Origin: Candidatus Cloacimonadota bacterium
GTDB taxonomy: Bacteria; Cloacimonadota; Cloacimonadia; Cloacimonadales; TCS61
Assembly (NCBI GenBank): GCA_021736135.1
Contig: JAIPGO010000009.1
Location: forward strand, 704-64,703
Direction of reading: 5' to 3'
DNA length: 64,000 nucleotides
Shown: piece by piece, positions 18,952 through 28,246 of the stretch
Numbering within the stretch: position 1 is the first letter of the stretch
Layout: the number at the start of each line of letters is the position of its first letter
Notes under the pieces: model-generated
Told to the model about the DNA's origin: nothing
The model's database searches: none
Seen by the model: the letters and a program-made list of their open reading frames with translations, nothing else
Translations under genes and position numbers: made by a program

Positions 18952-19530
18952 ATGAAGTTAGCTCTTCGTTTTTTTATGCTTGTTATGCTCAGTATTATTC
19001 TGAGTGGCTGCCTGAATACAGAATTTAAGGAATATTACTTCCTGATCAATGATGATGGCTCAGGTTCCGGCTCGATAACGTACTATAATCTTGTTTCTAG
19101 TGAAGAAGATGGTGTAGATGTTTCCGAAGACGATTTTGCCAGACTGGTCAATAATTGGCTATATGGTGATTCCTTCGAGTTGGATAATCCTGATATGACG
19201 GTGACCTGGAAAGAGATTTATGCTGATGAAGTTCAATTGAACGGCTACGTGGAATTTACTTTTACCGATTATCTGAAAATCGGTTTTTCGCGTCTGGAGA
19301 TTGCTGATGGTTATGTGTTAGAATATTATCTTGATGATATAACCGAAACAGTCATTGAGTCAAATGGTGATTTTTATACTGATGAGGATGCCCTTCCGGT
19401 TGTTAACTGGCCTGTTGACACTAAAGAACTTAGTGTTAAAACATTAGTAAAAAAAGATATGAAAGGAGCGCATAGTCTTCTGGGACTTTATCAAGAATGG
19501 TTAAAGTCAGGGAAAGAGCAGCAGGATTAA
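18952..19530 (+). CDS. Lipoprotein, paralog 1 of 3
   Basis: Lipobox LSGC; INDDGSGSGSI motif shared with the next two genes. Confidence 0.85.
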   Translation: MKLALRFFMLVMLSIILSGCLNTEFKEYYFLINDDGSGSGSITYYNLVSSEEDGVDVSEDDFARLVNNWLYGDSFELDNPDMTVTWKEIYADEVQLNGYVEFTFTDYLKIGFSRLEIADGYVLEYYLDDITETVIESNGDFYTDEDALPVVNWPVDTKELSVKTLVKKDMKGAHSLLGLYQEWLKSGKEQQD

Positions 19531-19626
19531 TTTATTTACAGAAATGCTTTTTCTGGACTAAATATTTCCTTAATTCTAATTTTGTTTGTGATCATTTTCC
19601 TCAATATATATTTTAAGGAGTAATTT

Positions 19627-20199
19627 ATGATGAAAAATTTTGTTCCCAGACTTTTTGTTCTTATCCTGGTAAGTTTTTTACTAACTGGCTGTTTAACTTC
19701 TGAATTTAAGGAATACCGGTTTCGGATTAATGCCGACGGTTCGGGTTCCGGCTCTATTAAATTTGTGAACCTGGTATCTGAAGAAGATGATGGGAAAGAT
19801 GTTTCCTTCTCAGATTTTGATGAACTGGTTAACAACTATCTGCAGGGAGATACTTTCGAAAATGATAATCCCCTCAAATCAGTTACTTCCAAAATCCTGT
19901 TTGAAGAAAACGGTGTGCTTTGCGGAAAAGTGGAATTTACCTTTGCCAATTATCAGGAAAATGGATTTTTCAAATATGAGGGAAACAGCTGCGCTCCGGT
20001 TATGTATTATCTGGGTGATCTGGGTGAAACATTTATAGAATCAGATGGTGAACATTATGCCGGTGATGCTGACATTCCCATTATTATCTGGGCACCTGAC
20101 ACTAAGGAATTTTACTTTAAAACTAATGTAAAAGACGATATGACAGATGCTCATAATCTCCTGGAGCTTTATAATCTCTGGAAATTGACTCAGGATTAA
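19627..20199 (+). CDS. Lipoprotein, paralog 2 of 3
   Basis: Lipobox LTGC; INADGSGSGSI. Confidence 0.85.
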   Translation: MMKNFVPRLFVLILVSFLLTGCLTSEFKEYRFRINADGSGSGSIKFVNLVSEEDDGKDVSFSDFDELVNNYLQGDTFENDNPLKSVTSKILFEENGVLCGKVEFTFANYQENGFFKYEGNSCAPVMYYLGDLGETFIESDGEHYAGDADIPIIIWAPDTKEFYFKTNVKDDMTDAHNLLELYNLWKLTQD

Positions 20200-20217
20200 G
20201 GTTTAGCTTCAGCTTGA

Positions 20218-20251
20218 AAATAGCCCTGATGCGAAAACAGAAGGGCTATTT
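20218..20251 (+). terminator. Stem-loop after paralog 2
   Basis: AAATAGCCCT ... AGGGCTATTT. Confidence 0.5.
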
Positions 20252-20348
20252 AGTATTTACCTGTTCGGTTTTATCTTTTTCTGGACTTAATTATTTCAAA
20301 ATCCAGTTTTGTACATTATGATTTTGTGAGAAATTATTGTAAGGAGGT

Positions 20349-20939
20349 ATGAAAATGAAAGTGTTCTATATCAGAATTTTTATCCTTATCCTGGCAAGTC
20401 TACTCGCCAGTGGCTGTCTTAGCTATGAATTTAAGCAATATACTTTTAAGGTTAATGATGATGGTTCAGGTTCGGGTTCTATTAAATTCATTAATCTGGC
20501 TTCGCAGGATGAAGATAGTCTTGATGTGTCACTGGCGGATTTTGACAAACTGATAAACGATTATCTTCAGGGGACCAGCTTTGAAGAAGGAAATCCCTCC
20601 TTTAAGGTGAATAATAAAGAGCTTTACGAGGAAGATGGCGTTTTGTGCGGTATTGTGGAATTTACTTTTGATGATTACTTTGAGGCTGGATTTTACACTG
20701 ATCTGAATTACTTTAACGATTCCGTTACGGACAGTGTTCTGATCTATTATGATGGTGAGTTTGATGAAATAGTATGGGAATCTAATGGTGATGACTTGTC
20801 GGAAATCCTGGATATGCCCGTGATTTCCTGGGCTCTTGATACAAAGTTTTTCTATATAAAAACACAATCAATCCAGGATGATACAAACTCTCACGAACTA
20901 TTGGATATCTATAATATCTGGCAGCAGTCGCAGGAGTAG
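20349..20939 (+). CDS. Lipoprotein, paralog 3 of 3
   Basis: Lipobox ASGC; VNDDGSGSGSI. Confidence 0.85.
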   Translation: MKMKVFYIRIFILILASLLASGCLSYEFKQYTFKVNDDGSGSGSIKFINLASQDEDSLDVSLADFDKLINDYLQGTSFEEGNPSFKVNNKELYEEDGVLCGIVEFTFDDYFEAGFYTDLNYFNDSVTDSVLIYYDGEFDEIVWESNGDDLSEILDMPVISWALDTKFFYIKTQSIQDDTNSHELLDIYNIWQQSQE

Positions 20940-20958
20940 AAGAATCGTGAGTCGTTAA

Positions 20959-21060
20959 GAGTTAAGACGGTACTCCGGATTGACTTAAGGGTGACACCAA
21001 AAACCACCCTGCCAACCCATCCCCCAAATCTTAAGTCAATCCGGAGTACCGTCTTAACTC
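20959..21060. repeat. Perfect 31-bp inverted repeat with 40-bp spacer
   Basis: GAGTTAAGACGGTACTCCGGATTGACTTAAG at 20959-20989 and its exact reverse complement at 21030-21060. Confidence 0.9.
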
Positions 21061-21076
21061 AATATTTGCCACTCAC

Positions 21077-22222
21077 CTATTTCAATGCCTCCACCGGACT
21101 CATCTTAGATATCCCACGCACCGGAAGATAACTCACCACAAGCAATATCAACATAATGATCACAACAGTCAATGCAACCAGCCCCAAGGTATATTTCGGA
21201 TACATAGCATCCAGAAGCCCATCCATTCCATAACTGTCCATCATCTCCGGCAGCCTCATTCCAGTTTCCTCAAATTTCCTCAGTAATGGTATCCCCCATA
21301 TGGCTCCCAGTCCCACTGCCAGAAACCCGGAAAGCAGTCCTTCCAGCGTAAAAATCCTGATGATCTGCCCTCTCTGCATTCCCAGCGCCATCATCATACC
21401 CACTTCCTTTTTACGTTTAAAAAGCGCCAGTACCTGAGTATCGAATACTGCTATCATCGCCAGAAAGACCAGCAGGATATACATAAATATACCTCCTGTC
21501 AACTCAGTGGCAAACACTGCTCTGAATTCCGCCAGCAGGTCATCCTGCGTTTTATGCTCCCAGCCGGCGCTCACAACAGGTTTCACTCCCTTATAACTAA
21601 AATAAGTTACTTCTCCCTGCCTATCCAGCATTCCCCACATCTGCTGCAACCCCAGCCAGACCATTCCCTGATCTATCGTAAGTACCGTTGTTTTGAATAT
21701 ATGCACGATTTCAAATTCCCGAGCATCGAAACTGCCATGACTGTTCCGCCATCTCAGCATCACTTTATCGCCTTCCTCCAGTTCCAGTTTCTTAGCAGTC
21801 CTGTGCCCCAGCATCAGTTTATTTTTCCCGGCTTCATACTTCAAATATTCAGTCGGCAGTTCCAGTATATCCTGTTCTTCCTCAATCCCTTTTAAAATAA
21901 TATTCTGCATCCGTCCCTGCGGATAGATAACTCCCTGACTCACCAGAAATTCCACCGACTTCTCATCTGCAATCCCTGCCGGCATCACACTCCGGCTCTT
22001 CTCAAAACTGAAAGCATCATAAGGATCATAATCCTGCTGCCAGAACTGCCCATCAGCAATATGCCACTTGATCATCGCCGTCTCTGCATCACGCTGCCAC
22101 CCGATATAAAGCCCATGAAACCCGATTATTGCCACCAGTACTATCGATAATATAAAAACATTCAACCACGTCCTGATCCCGCCCCCGATAATATTCCGCC
22201 AGGCCAGCTTAAGCATCATCAC
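21077..22222 (-). CDS. ABC permease, FtsX/LolE/MacB-like
   Basis: KLAWRN N-terminus, periplasmic domain, KRKKEVGMMMALG, SPVEALK. Confidence 0.9.
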   Translation of the reverse strand: MMMLKLAWRNIIGGGIRTWLNVFILSIVLVAIIGFHGLYIGWQRDAETAMIKWHIADGQFWQQDYDPYDAFSFEKSRSVMPAGIADEKSVEFLVSQGVIYPQGRMQNIILKGIEEEQDILELPTEYLKYEAGKNKLMLGHRTAKKLELEEGDKVMLRWRNSHGSFDAREFEIVHIFKTTVLTIDQGMVWLGLQQMWGMLDRQGEVTYFSYKGVKPVVSAGWEHKTQDDLLAEFRAVFATELTGGIFMYILLVFLAMIAVFDTQVLALFKRKKEVGMMMALGMQRGQIIRIFTLEGLLSGFLAVGLGAIWGIPLLRKFEETGMRLPEMMDSYGMDGLLDAMYPKYTLGLVALTVVIIMLILLVVSYLPVRGISKMSPVEALK

Positions 22223-22275
22223 AACCTCTCATTATATAAGTCCCATAAGTCCTATTAGTCCCATATTCCCAAAAA

Positions 22276-23424
22276 TCACTTAAGAGCACTCACCGGACTC
22301 ATCTTAGATATAGATCTCACTGGCAGATAACTCACCACCAGCAATATCAAATTGATCAGCACTATCGTCAAGACCACTATTTTCAGTGAATATTGCGGAT
22401 ACATGGCATCCAGAAATCCGTCAATCCCATAATTATCCATCATTTCCGGCAGCCTTAAACCATACTTGCTGAATCTCAGCAGCAGCGGAGTCCCCCATAA
22501 TGCACCTAATCCAACAGCCAGCAATCCTGATAGCAGTCCTTCCAGTGTAAATACCTTTATTATCTGCCCAGAACGCAGCCCCAGCGCCATCATCATACCA
22601 ATTTCCCGCCTGCGCTTGAACATTGCCAGAACCTGAGTATCAAAAACCGCTATCATTGCTAAAAAGAGCAGCAATACATACATGAAACTCACACCCGCCA
22701 TCTTGGCTGCAAACAGCGCTCTGAACTCACTCAACAGTTCGTCCTGAGTCTTCCAGATCCAGCCTGCTCCCAATTTTGGTCTCAAACCACGATAACTGAA
22801 ATAAGTAACCTCACCAGGTGCATCCAGCATTTCCCGCATCTGCTCCAGTCCAAGCCACACCTGCCCTTGATCTATGGTCAATACTGGAGAAGTGAAAATA
22901 TGCACGATCTCAAATTCACGTGCATCAAAACTCCCATGAACATCCCGCCACCGCAGCATTAACCGGTCTCCCTCGCTCAAACCCAGCTTTTTTGCTGTAC
23001 GGTAGCCCAGCATTAATTTATACCTGCCTTCTTTAAATCTCAAATATTCCGTCGGAAGTTCCAGCAAAACCTGTTCTTCCTCTACTCCCTTCAAAATTAT
23101 ATTCTTCATCCGTCCCTGCGGATATATCACTCCCTGATCAATCAGAAATTCCACACTGGCAGCATCATTAATCCCTTTTGGCATCGCACTCCGCGCTACA
23201 TCAAAACTGAAAGGATCATAAGGATCATAATCTTTCTGCCAATACTGCCCATCTGCTATATGCCAGCGTATCATCCCATTCTCAGCATTTCGCTGCCACC
23301 CCACAAAAAGCCCATGGAAACCGATAATTGTCACCAGCACCACCGAAAGTATAAACACGTTCAGCAGACTCCGCACTCCCCCACCCACCAGGTTCCGCCA
23401 CGCCAGCTTAAGAACCATCAGCAT
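22276..23424 (-). CDS. ABC permease, FtsX/LolE/MacB-like (close paralog of the neighbour)
   Basis: Same motifs and long near-identical stretches; ATG 23424 preferred. Confidence 0.9.
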   Translation of the reverse strand: MLMVLKLAWRNLVGGGVRSLLNVFILSVVLVTIIGFHGLFVGWQRNAENGMIRWHIADGQYWQKDYDPYDPFSFDVARSAMPKGINDAASVEFLIDQGVIYPQGRMKNIILKGVEEEQVLLELPTEYLRFKEGRYKLMLGYRTAKKLGLSEGDRLMLRWRDVHGSFDAREFEIVHIFTSPVLTIDQGQVWLGLEQMREMLDAPGEVTYFSYRGLRPKLGAGWIWKTQDELLSEFRALFAAKMAGVSFMYVLLLFLAMIAVFDTQVLAMFKRRREIGMMMALGLRSGQIIKVFTLEGLLSGLLAVGLGALWGTPLLLRFSKYGLRLPEMMDNYGIDGFLDAMYPQYSLKIVVLTIVLINLILLVVSYLPVRSISKMSPVSALK

Positions 23425-23776
23425 TATCCTTTTGTTTTGCACTTTTCACAATTGCGATTAACATTCGTATTATAACTTTCATATCGCCTTCAATTTCTAA
23501 AAACTGCTTCTCAGTTAAAAAACCAGTCCTCTTCATTAATATTAGCCAATAATCAGTCTCATAAGCTTCTTTTAGCGCGATAGACATCTTATGGATAAAA
23601 TCCGCCTTGCTTTCTCCATGCTCTGCTTCTCTTACCATCGCCCCAATAGAAGTTCCGCTTCTCAATACCTGTTTCGATAAGACATACTCCTTCTTCTCGC
23701 TACATAAATATTGATACATCTTCACAATCCTGATTGCAAAATCCAGGCTTCTCTCTTCAATCTCATTCTTCTTCAT
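23408..23776 (-). CDS. Four-helix-bundle protein (23S rRNA IVP / bAvd-like family)
   Basis: FAIRIV..Y, KQVLRSGTSIGA..REA, ESKADFIHK.SIA.KE..ET.YWL; GGAGG before ATG 23776. Confidence 0.92.
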   Translation of the reverse strand: MKKNEIEERSLDFAIRIVKMYQYLCSEKKEYVLSKQVLRSGTSIGAMVREAEHGESKADFIHKMSIALKEAYETDYWLILMKRTGFLTEKQFLEIEGDMKVIIRMLIAIVKSAKQKDNADGS

Positions 23777-23807
23777 CTTTTTATCCTCCATCGTCCATCG
23801 TCCATCG

Positions 23808-24494
23808 TCAATTGTCTTCCACCACTCTTCCATCAACCAGAGTTATCTTCCGTCTTAAATATTCGATAACTTTCGCGTCATGGGTGCTAAAGATAAAAGT
23901 CGTCTTCAACTTCTCATTCAATTCCACCATAGTTCTTAAAATGTGATGTGAGTTTTCTGCATCCAGATTCGCCGTCGGTTCGTCTGCCAGAACGATCTGC
24001 GGTTCTTTCACGATCGCCCGGGCAATTGCCACCCGCTGGCATTCACCTCCCGAAAGCTGTGCCGGCCGGCTCTTGCGCTTATCTTTTAAACCCACCCATT
24101 CAATAGCTTTATCAACCATCTCTTTCCGGATTCCTGGCTTTACATCCATCAGCAGTAACGGGAATTCCACGTTCTCAAATACGGTATAAACCGGCAGAAG
24201 ATTATAAGTCTGAAAGATGAACCCGATATGCTCCGAACGCAATCTTGCCGCTTCTTTCCGGGTAAGTTCACTAACTTCCCTGCCCATAACCTTCACTTCG
24301 CCCTTACTCTGCACATCCAGTGAACCGATTATATTCAATAATGTCGTCTTCCCTGAACCGCTCGGACCCACGATCCCGCTGAACTCTCCTGCCTCGAAAT
24401 CAAGATTGATGTCTTTTAAAGCCGTAAACTTGCCCAATCCTATCGGGTAATCCTTAAACATATTCCTGATGCTGATCAATTGCTCCATATCCAC
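23808..24494 (-). CDS. ABC ATP-binding protein, LolD-like
   Basis: [43 protein letters not shown]. Confidence 0.93.
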   Translation of the reverse strand: MDMEQLISIRNMFKDYPIGLGKFTALKDINLDFEAGEFSGIVGPSGSGKTTLLNIIGSLDVQSKGEVKVMGREVSELTRKEAARLRSEHIGFIFQTYNLLPVYTVFENVEFPLLLMDVKPGIRKEMVDKAIEWVGLKDKRKSRPAQLSGGECQRVAIARAIVKEPQIVLADEPTANLDAENSHHILRTMVELNEKLKTTFIFSTHDAKVIEYLRRKITLVDGRVVEDN

Positions 24495-24496
24495 TC

Positions 24497-25618
24497 CTAA
24501 TAATCTAATTGCAATAGTATCTGAAAAGAGCTCCCGGTATTATAAACTCCGGTTTCCCTGCCGGAATACACTCTTTCCTGATTTATCGATAAATTGAAAT
24601 TTATACTCAGATAATCATAAGTCAGTCCATAACTGAAAAACCAGTTCCACACCTCTGCCTGCCTGTCATAAGCAACCACACCCAGCACTTTATCATATAT
24701 CCCCAAAGGCATATCTGCTGCCAGTATATGATATTGTCCATACCGGTTTTCCTGACCCCAGAATTCATCTCCCTCATGCCAGAACATCGTTTCCCAGAGC
24801 AGATGTAATCCACCTCCAATGCCCACCGTATAATCCGCTCCCAGTGTATAGACTTCACTTCTCGGCGCAACAATCTTAACGTCTTTCCTGACATTCAAAG
24901 TGCTCTCAAACCAAAAACCGATAAAGGAATCCCATCTGCCATCAATGCCATAACGCTGTTCCTCTCCCGCAGAATTCCAGTTGGCATCTATCTGCTCCTC
25001 CAGTTGACGCGTATGATAGCTGACTCCGCAATCTCCTCCCAATATTGGCAATTGCAGCCTCCCTCCCGGTTCTATGCTCTCAGGTTTTGACCTTATCAAT
25101 GCCTCTTCAACGCCTTCATCTTTATTGTAAATGCCCCAGAACCAGAAATTGCTGTTGTCTAATAAATAGTAGCGTGCCAGAGCTGACCACACTCCTGGTG
25201 TCTGCTGCCTTTCATCCAAAGGATTCAACTGATCAAACCATTGCAGACTCCGTAAATATGCTGCCGGACCAAAATTTATCTTTTGCAAACCCACGCGAAG
25301 TTCCGATTGTTCCGTCGTCGAACGCAGCCAGCAACGGTAAAATTCCGCATTAAATTCTTTCTCTGTTGCCCCTGTTCCCCAGCTTATCCGCTCACTTAGT
25401 TCATATTCCCCAAATATATCCATGCCAATATTCGACTGCTGAAAAAGTGGCAGCTTGAAGCTCGGATAATATTCCAGCAGCATAGCCCCCGTATCATTGC
25501 TTTCAGTATTGCTGTAACTCCCCAGCAGATTGATCCGGTGACTCAAATCCCAGCCATAAGCCAGTCCTGACCAGAATGCTATCAACAAAAAAACTGCTAT
25601 TCTTTGTGTCTTGTCCAT
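24497..25618 (-). CDS. Putative outer-membrane beta-barrel protein
   Basis: Signal peptide, R.GLQKINFG, alternating aromatic strands, C-terminal LQLDY. Confidence 0.65.
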   Translation of the reverse strand: MDKTQRIAVFLLIAFWSGLAYGWDLSHRINLLGSYSNTESNDTGAMLLEYYPSFKLPLFQQSNIGMDIFGEYELSERISWGTGATEKEFNAEFYRCWLRSTTEQSELRVGLQKINFGPAAYLRSLQWFDQLNPLDERQQTPGVWSALARYYLLDNSNFWFWGIYNKDEGVEEALIRSKPESIEPGGRLQLPILGGDCGVSYHTRQLEEQIDANWNSAGEEQRYGIDGRWDSFIGFWFESTLNVRKDVKIVAPRSEVYTLGADYTVGIGGGLHLLWETMFWHEGDEFWGQENRYGQYHILAADMPLGIYDKVLGVVAYDRQAEVWNWFFSYGLTYDYLSINFNLSINQERVYSGRETGVYNTGSSFQILLQLDY

Positions 25619-26199
25619 ATTCCCCTCAATGCAATGTTGATCAGGGCAACCGTAAAATCTGCCATATCAGGATAGAATTCCGCCAGCTTCTCATCCTCTA
25701 TAAGCTTCTGCAGACTCATAAAATACATACTCAAAAACTCCGCATCGTATTCCCCACAAATATTGCCCTGCTTCTGCTCTCGCTTTAGAAATTCGACAAA
25801 ACTCCTGCTGATTTCCGCCTGGATTTCAGTTAATGCCACCCGATATTCTTCATCTGCCAGGATCTCTTTGATGAAAATCTCGCCCATCTCCTGAAGTGCT
25901 GCCAGCTTCGATTCCGTGATCATGGTCAGTTTCGTCTCAAATGACAGTGTTTCATTATCCAGCTCATTCATCAAGGCTGTTGCCCGTAATCGCATTGCTC
26001 CCAGAAGCCGCATCACTATCTCCCGCTTACTGCTAAAATATTTATATAATGTCGTCCGCGATATTCCCGCTTCTCTGGCTATATCCTGCATCCGCACCCG
26101 CCGGATGCCATACAAACCAAATAACTGGTAAGATTCAAAAAGTATCTCTCCTATAAGTTCCTCTTCACTATATTCCCGCTTCTTCTGAAGTTGCACCAT
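25597..26199 (-). CDS. TetR/AcrR family regulator
   Basis: MQDIAREAGISRTTLYKYFSSK helix-turn-helix. Confidence 0.92.
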   Translation of the reverse strand: MVQLQKKREYSEEELIGEILFESYQLFGLYGIRRVRMQDIAREAGISRTTLYKYFSSKREIVMRLLGAMRLRATALMNELDNETLSFETKLTMITESKLAALQEMGEIFIKEILADEEYRVALTEIQAEISRSFVEFLKREQKQGNICGEYDAEFLSMYFMSLQKLIEDEKLAEFYPDMADFTVALINIALRGIWTRHKE

Positions 26200-26362
26200 A
26201 ACAGCTTTCTCCTGTTCTCTGATTTCAAATAAGCTTGATAAGCCTTATACGCCTGATAAAAAAAACCCTTAGTATTTAAGATATGCCATAAGCCCCATAA
26301 GACCTATTAGTCCCATATTCACTTTTCCCACTCTGAACAATTCCATCGAAGTACACATTTTC

Positions 26363-26406
26363 TGTCAACCTGAACAATCCTTGTCCACTTGAACGCATTT
26401 TGTTCA
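26363..26406 (-). promoter_or_regulatory. -35 hexamer with two candidate TetR operator palindromes
   Basis: TTGACA on minus strand (26363-26368); TGAAC-N7-GTCCA (26371-26387) and TGAAC-N7-GTTCA (26390-26406). Confidence 0.45.
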
Positions 26407-26638
26407 TTTATCTAATTTATGTCCACTACTTTTTTTCTTTTTATTACTTCTTTCCTTTTTTTCACTGAAATCCTAAGGATTCGTTTCTCCTCATCTCAAT
26501 GACCTGACCCTCCTCCACTTATTGATCTAATGATCATCATATTACCTTATTACAATATCTTACGCAATTTCAGCCCAGCCTGGTTCTCTCCCGATCAGAT
26601 ATTGTCAGCTATTTCTCCACATATAATCTTCTTCCAGA

Positions 26639-26740
26639 GAAGCAGAACCGTACTATTACCGTGCCTTACCCTACATACGCATAACAAAAAAGTGTTATGC
26701 GTATGTAGGGTAAGGCACGGTAATAGTACGGTTTTGCTTC
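26639..26740. repeat. Long palindrome: 48-bp arms, 6-nt loop
   Basis: GAAGCAGAACCGTACTATTACCGTGCCTTACCCTACATACGCATAACA and its complement, 47/48 paired. Confidence 0.9.
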
Positions 26741-27185
26741 CTTTGAGTTGGTGTTAATTCATCAGAAGTTCTTTTGTATTATTTTTCTGATAGTTCCGAT
26801 TTAATGTAGGAAAAATAAAGAGATCAGGAAAAAATAATATGGAAATTTGAGAAAGAGTTTTGCCCTGATAAAATCGTAGAAGTATATTAAGCAGTATAAA
26901 GGAAAGTTGTTCATGGATGTTATTCATTTATTTATCAAAGAGTACAGCATAATAGCGATCTTCCTGAATACACCTATCTTTATGCTTCGTATTATCTTAG
27001 CTCAAATCGGAAATATTAGCAGTAAATAAATCCGGTTCAGATTCCCGGCTTCTTACAAGCTAAGTTGTTAGAGATTGCAGCTTGAACAGTCTCGCAGAAT
27101 TATTTTGTGTCCAAAAAAATTCTTATTGACAAGTTGTAGAAAAATACTGTCATTTGTCATAGAAAAACGAATTGAAGAGGGAACT

Positions 27186-27668
27186 ATGAAAATTGTTAAA
27201 CTTTCTTTTCTGTTGTTGATTGTTGTGCTTATTCTGTGTACTTGTGATAATAGCAGTTCCGGACCGGGTAATACAAATCCCAAAGAGAAATGGGATATTG
27301 AGATAGACGATGGAGCTGGAAATGGCTCATTCACCCTGGAACTACTTCCTGACTCAACGATTACCATCTATGGCTCATGGGAGTATAACTATTACGAACG
27401 AAACATGGTTACCTGTAATTTTTCTGATGGTATTGCCGTCATAGATGGTTCTGATTTTTACTGTTATACGGAAGGGTCGGCGCATGATCATACTTATAAT
27501 GAAAATTCCGATTTTCATTTAGAATTAGGTGGTATTTTATTTAATGGAGCAGGATATGGCGTTTCTGTAATGCAATATTTTGCGCCAGGATGGGAAGATT
27601 ACATTGAAGGAACCTGGACTGCGACGCTGGTTAATGGAGAAGGTATAACAATGACAGAGGGAGAGTAA
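27186..27668 (+). CDS. Putative lipoprotein/secreted protein
   Basis: MKIVKLSFLLLIVVLILCTC signal; RBS before ATG 27186; TTGACA near 27126. Confidence 0.7.
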   Translation: MKIVKLSFLLLIVVLILCTCDNSSSGPGNTNPKEKWDIEIDDGAGNGSFTLELLPDSTITIYGSWEYNYYERNMVTCNFSDGIAVIDGSDFYCYTEGSAHDHTYNENSDFHLELGGILFNGAGYGVSVMQYFAPGWEDYIEGTWTATLVNGEGITMTEGE

Positions 27669-27789
27669 ACAAATTAGTCGCTTACCACTAATATTCATAC
27701 AATTCTCGGCAGAAAAAGAATTTATGAGCCGCGAACAAACGCTAACAAACGCGAACTAAAGAAATTAAAGATAATGATATTTGCTTTAA

Positions 27790-27952
27790 ACCCATATTGT
27801 GCAGTAGAAATTTGCGAATAACAGCAATCTTATAGCACAGAGAGAGTTAGATAATTTTCATAAATATAAAAGTAATATTCATAAAAATTCTCTAACTCTT
27901 CAGTACATAAAATCTTACTACCCCTCATCAAATCCTGATGCACAAAATGGGT
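27790..27952. mobile_element. MITE, 163 bp (copy 2, inverted relative to copy 1)
   Basis: TIRs ACCCATATTGTGCAGTAG / CTGATGCACAAAATGGGT, TAA on both flanks; interior matches the reverse complement of 6767-6939. Confidence 0.8.
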
Positions 27953-28246
27953 TAAAAGTTCGCGTTTGTTAGCGTTTGTTCGCGGCTAAAGATATTCTAA
28001 TCCTCTATCCGTGTAATTCGCCCAATCCGCGGTTTAATTTCTTCCTTTTTATTTCGGTTTATCAGAGTTAGTCACTTACCACTGAATACTCTGAACTCAC
28101 TGAAAATTAAAAGCAAAAAGATAAATCTCTTCTCTTCCTTCCGTGATTTCAGTGCTTTCCGTGGTTGAAAATCTTCTTTTGGGGGTTTCGTTTTATCCGA
28201 GTTAGGAATTTGCGAATAGCAGTAATCTCTACTGCACAAGATGGAT

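Noticed and set aside
23408-23776. DGR Avd gene or 23S rRNA intervening sequence
   Set aside because: No reverse transcriptase, no TR/VR pair and no rRNA sequence seen in the window
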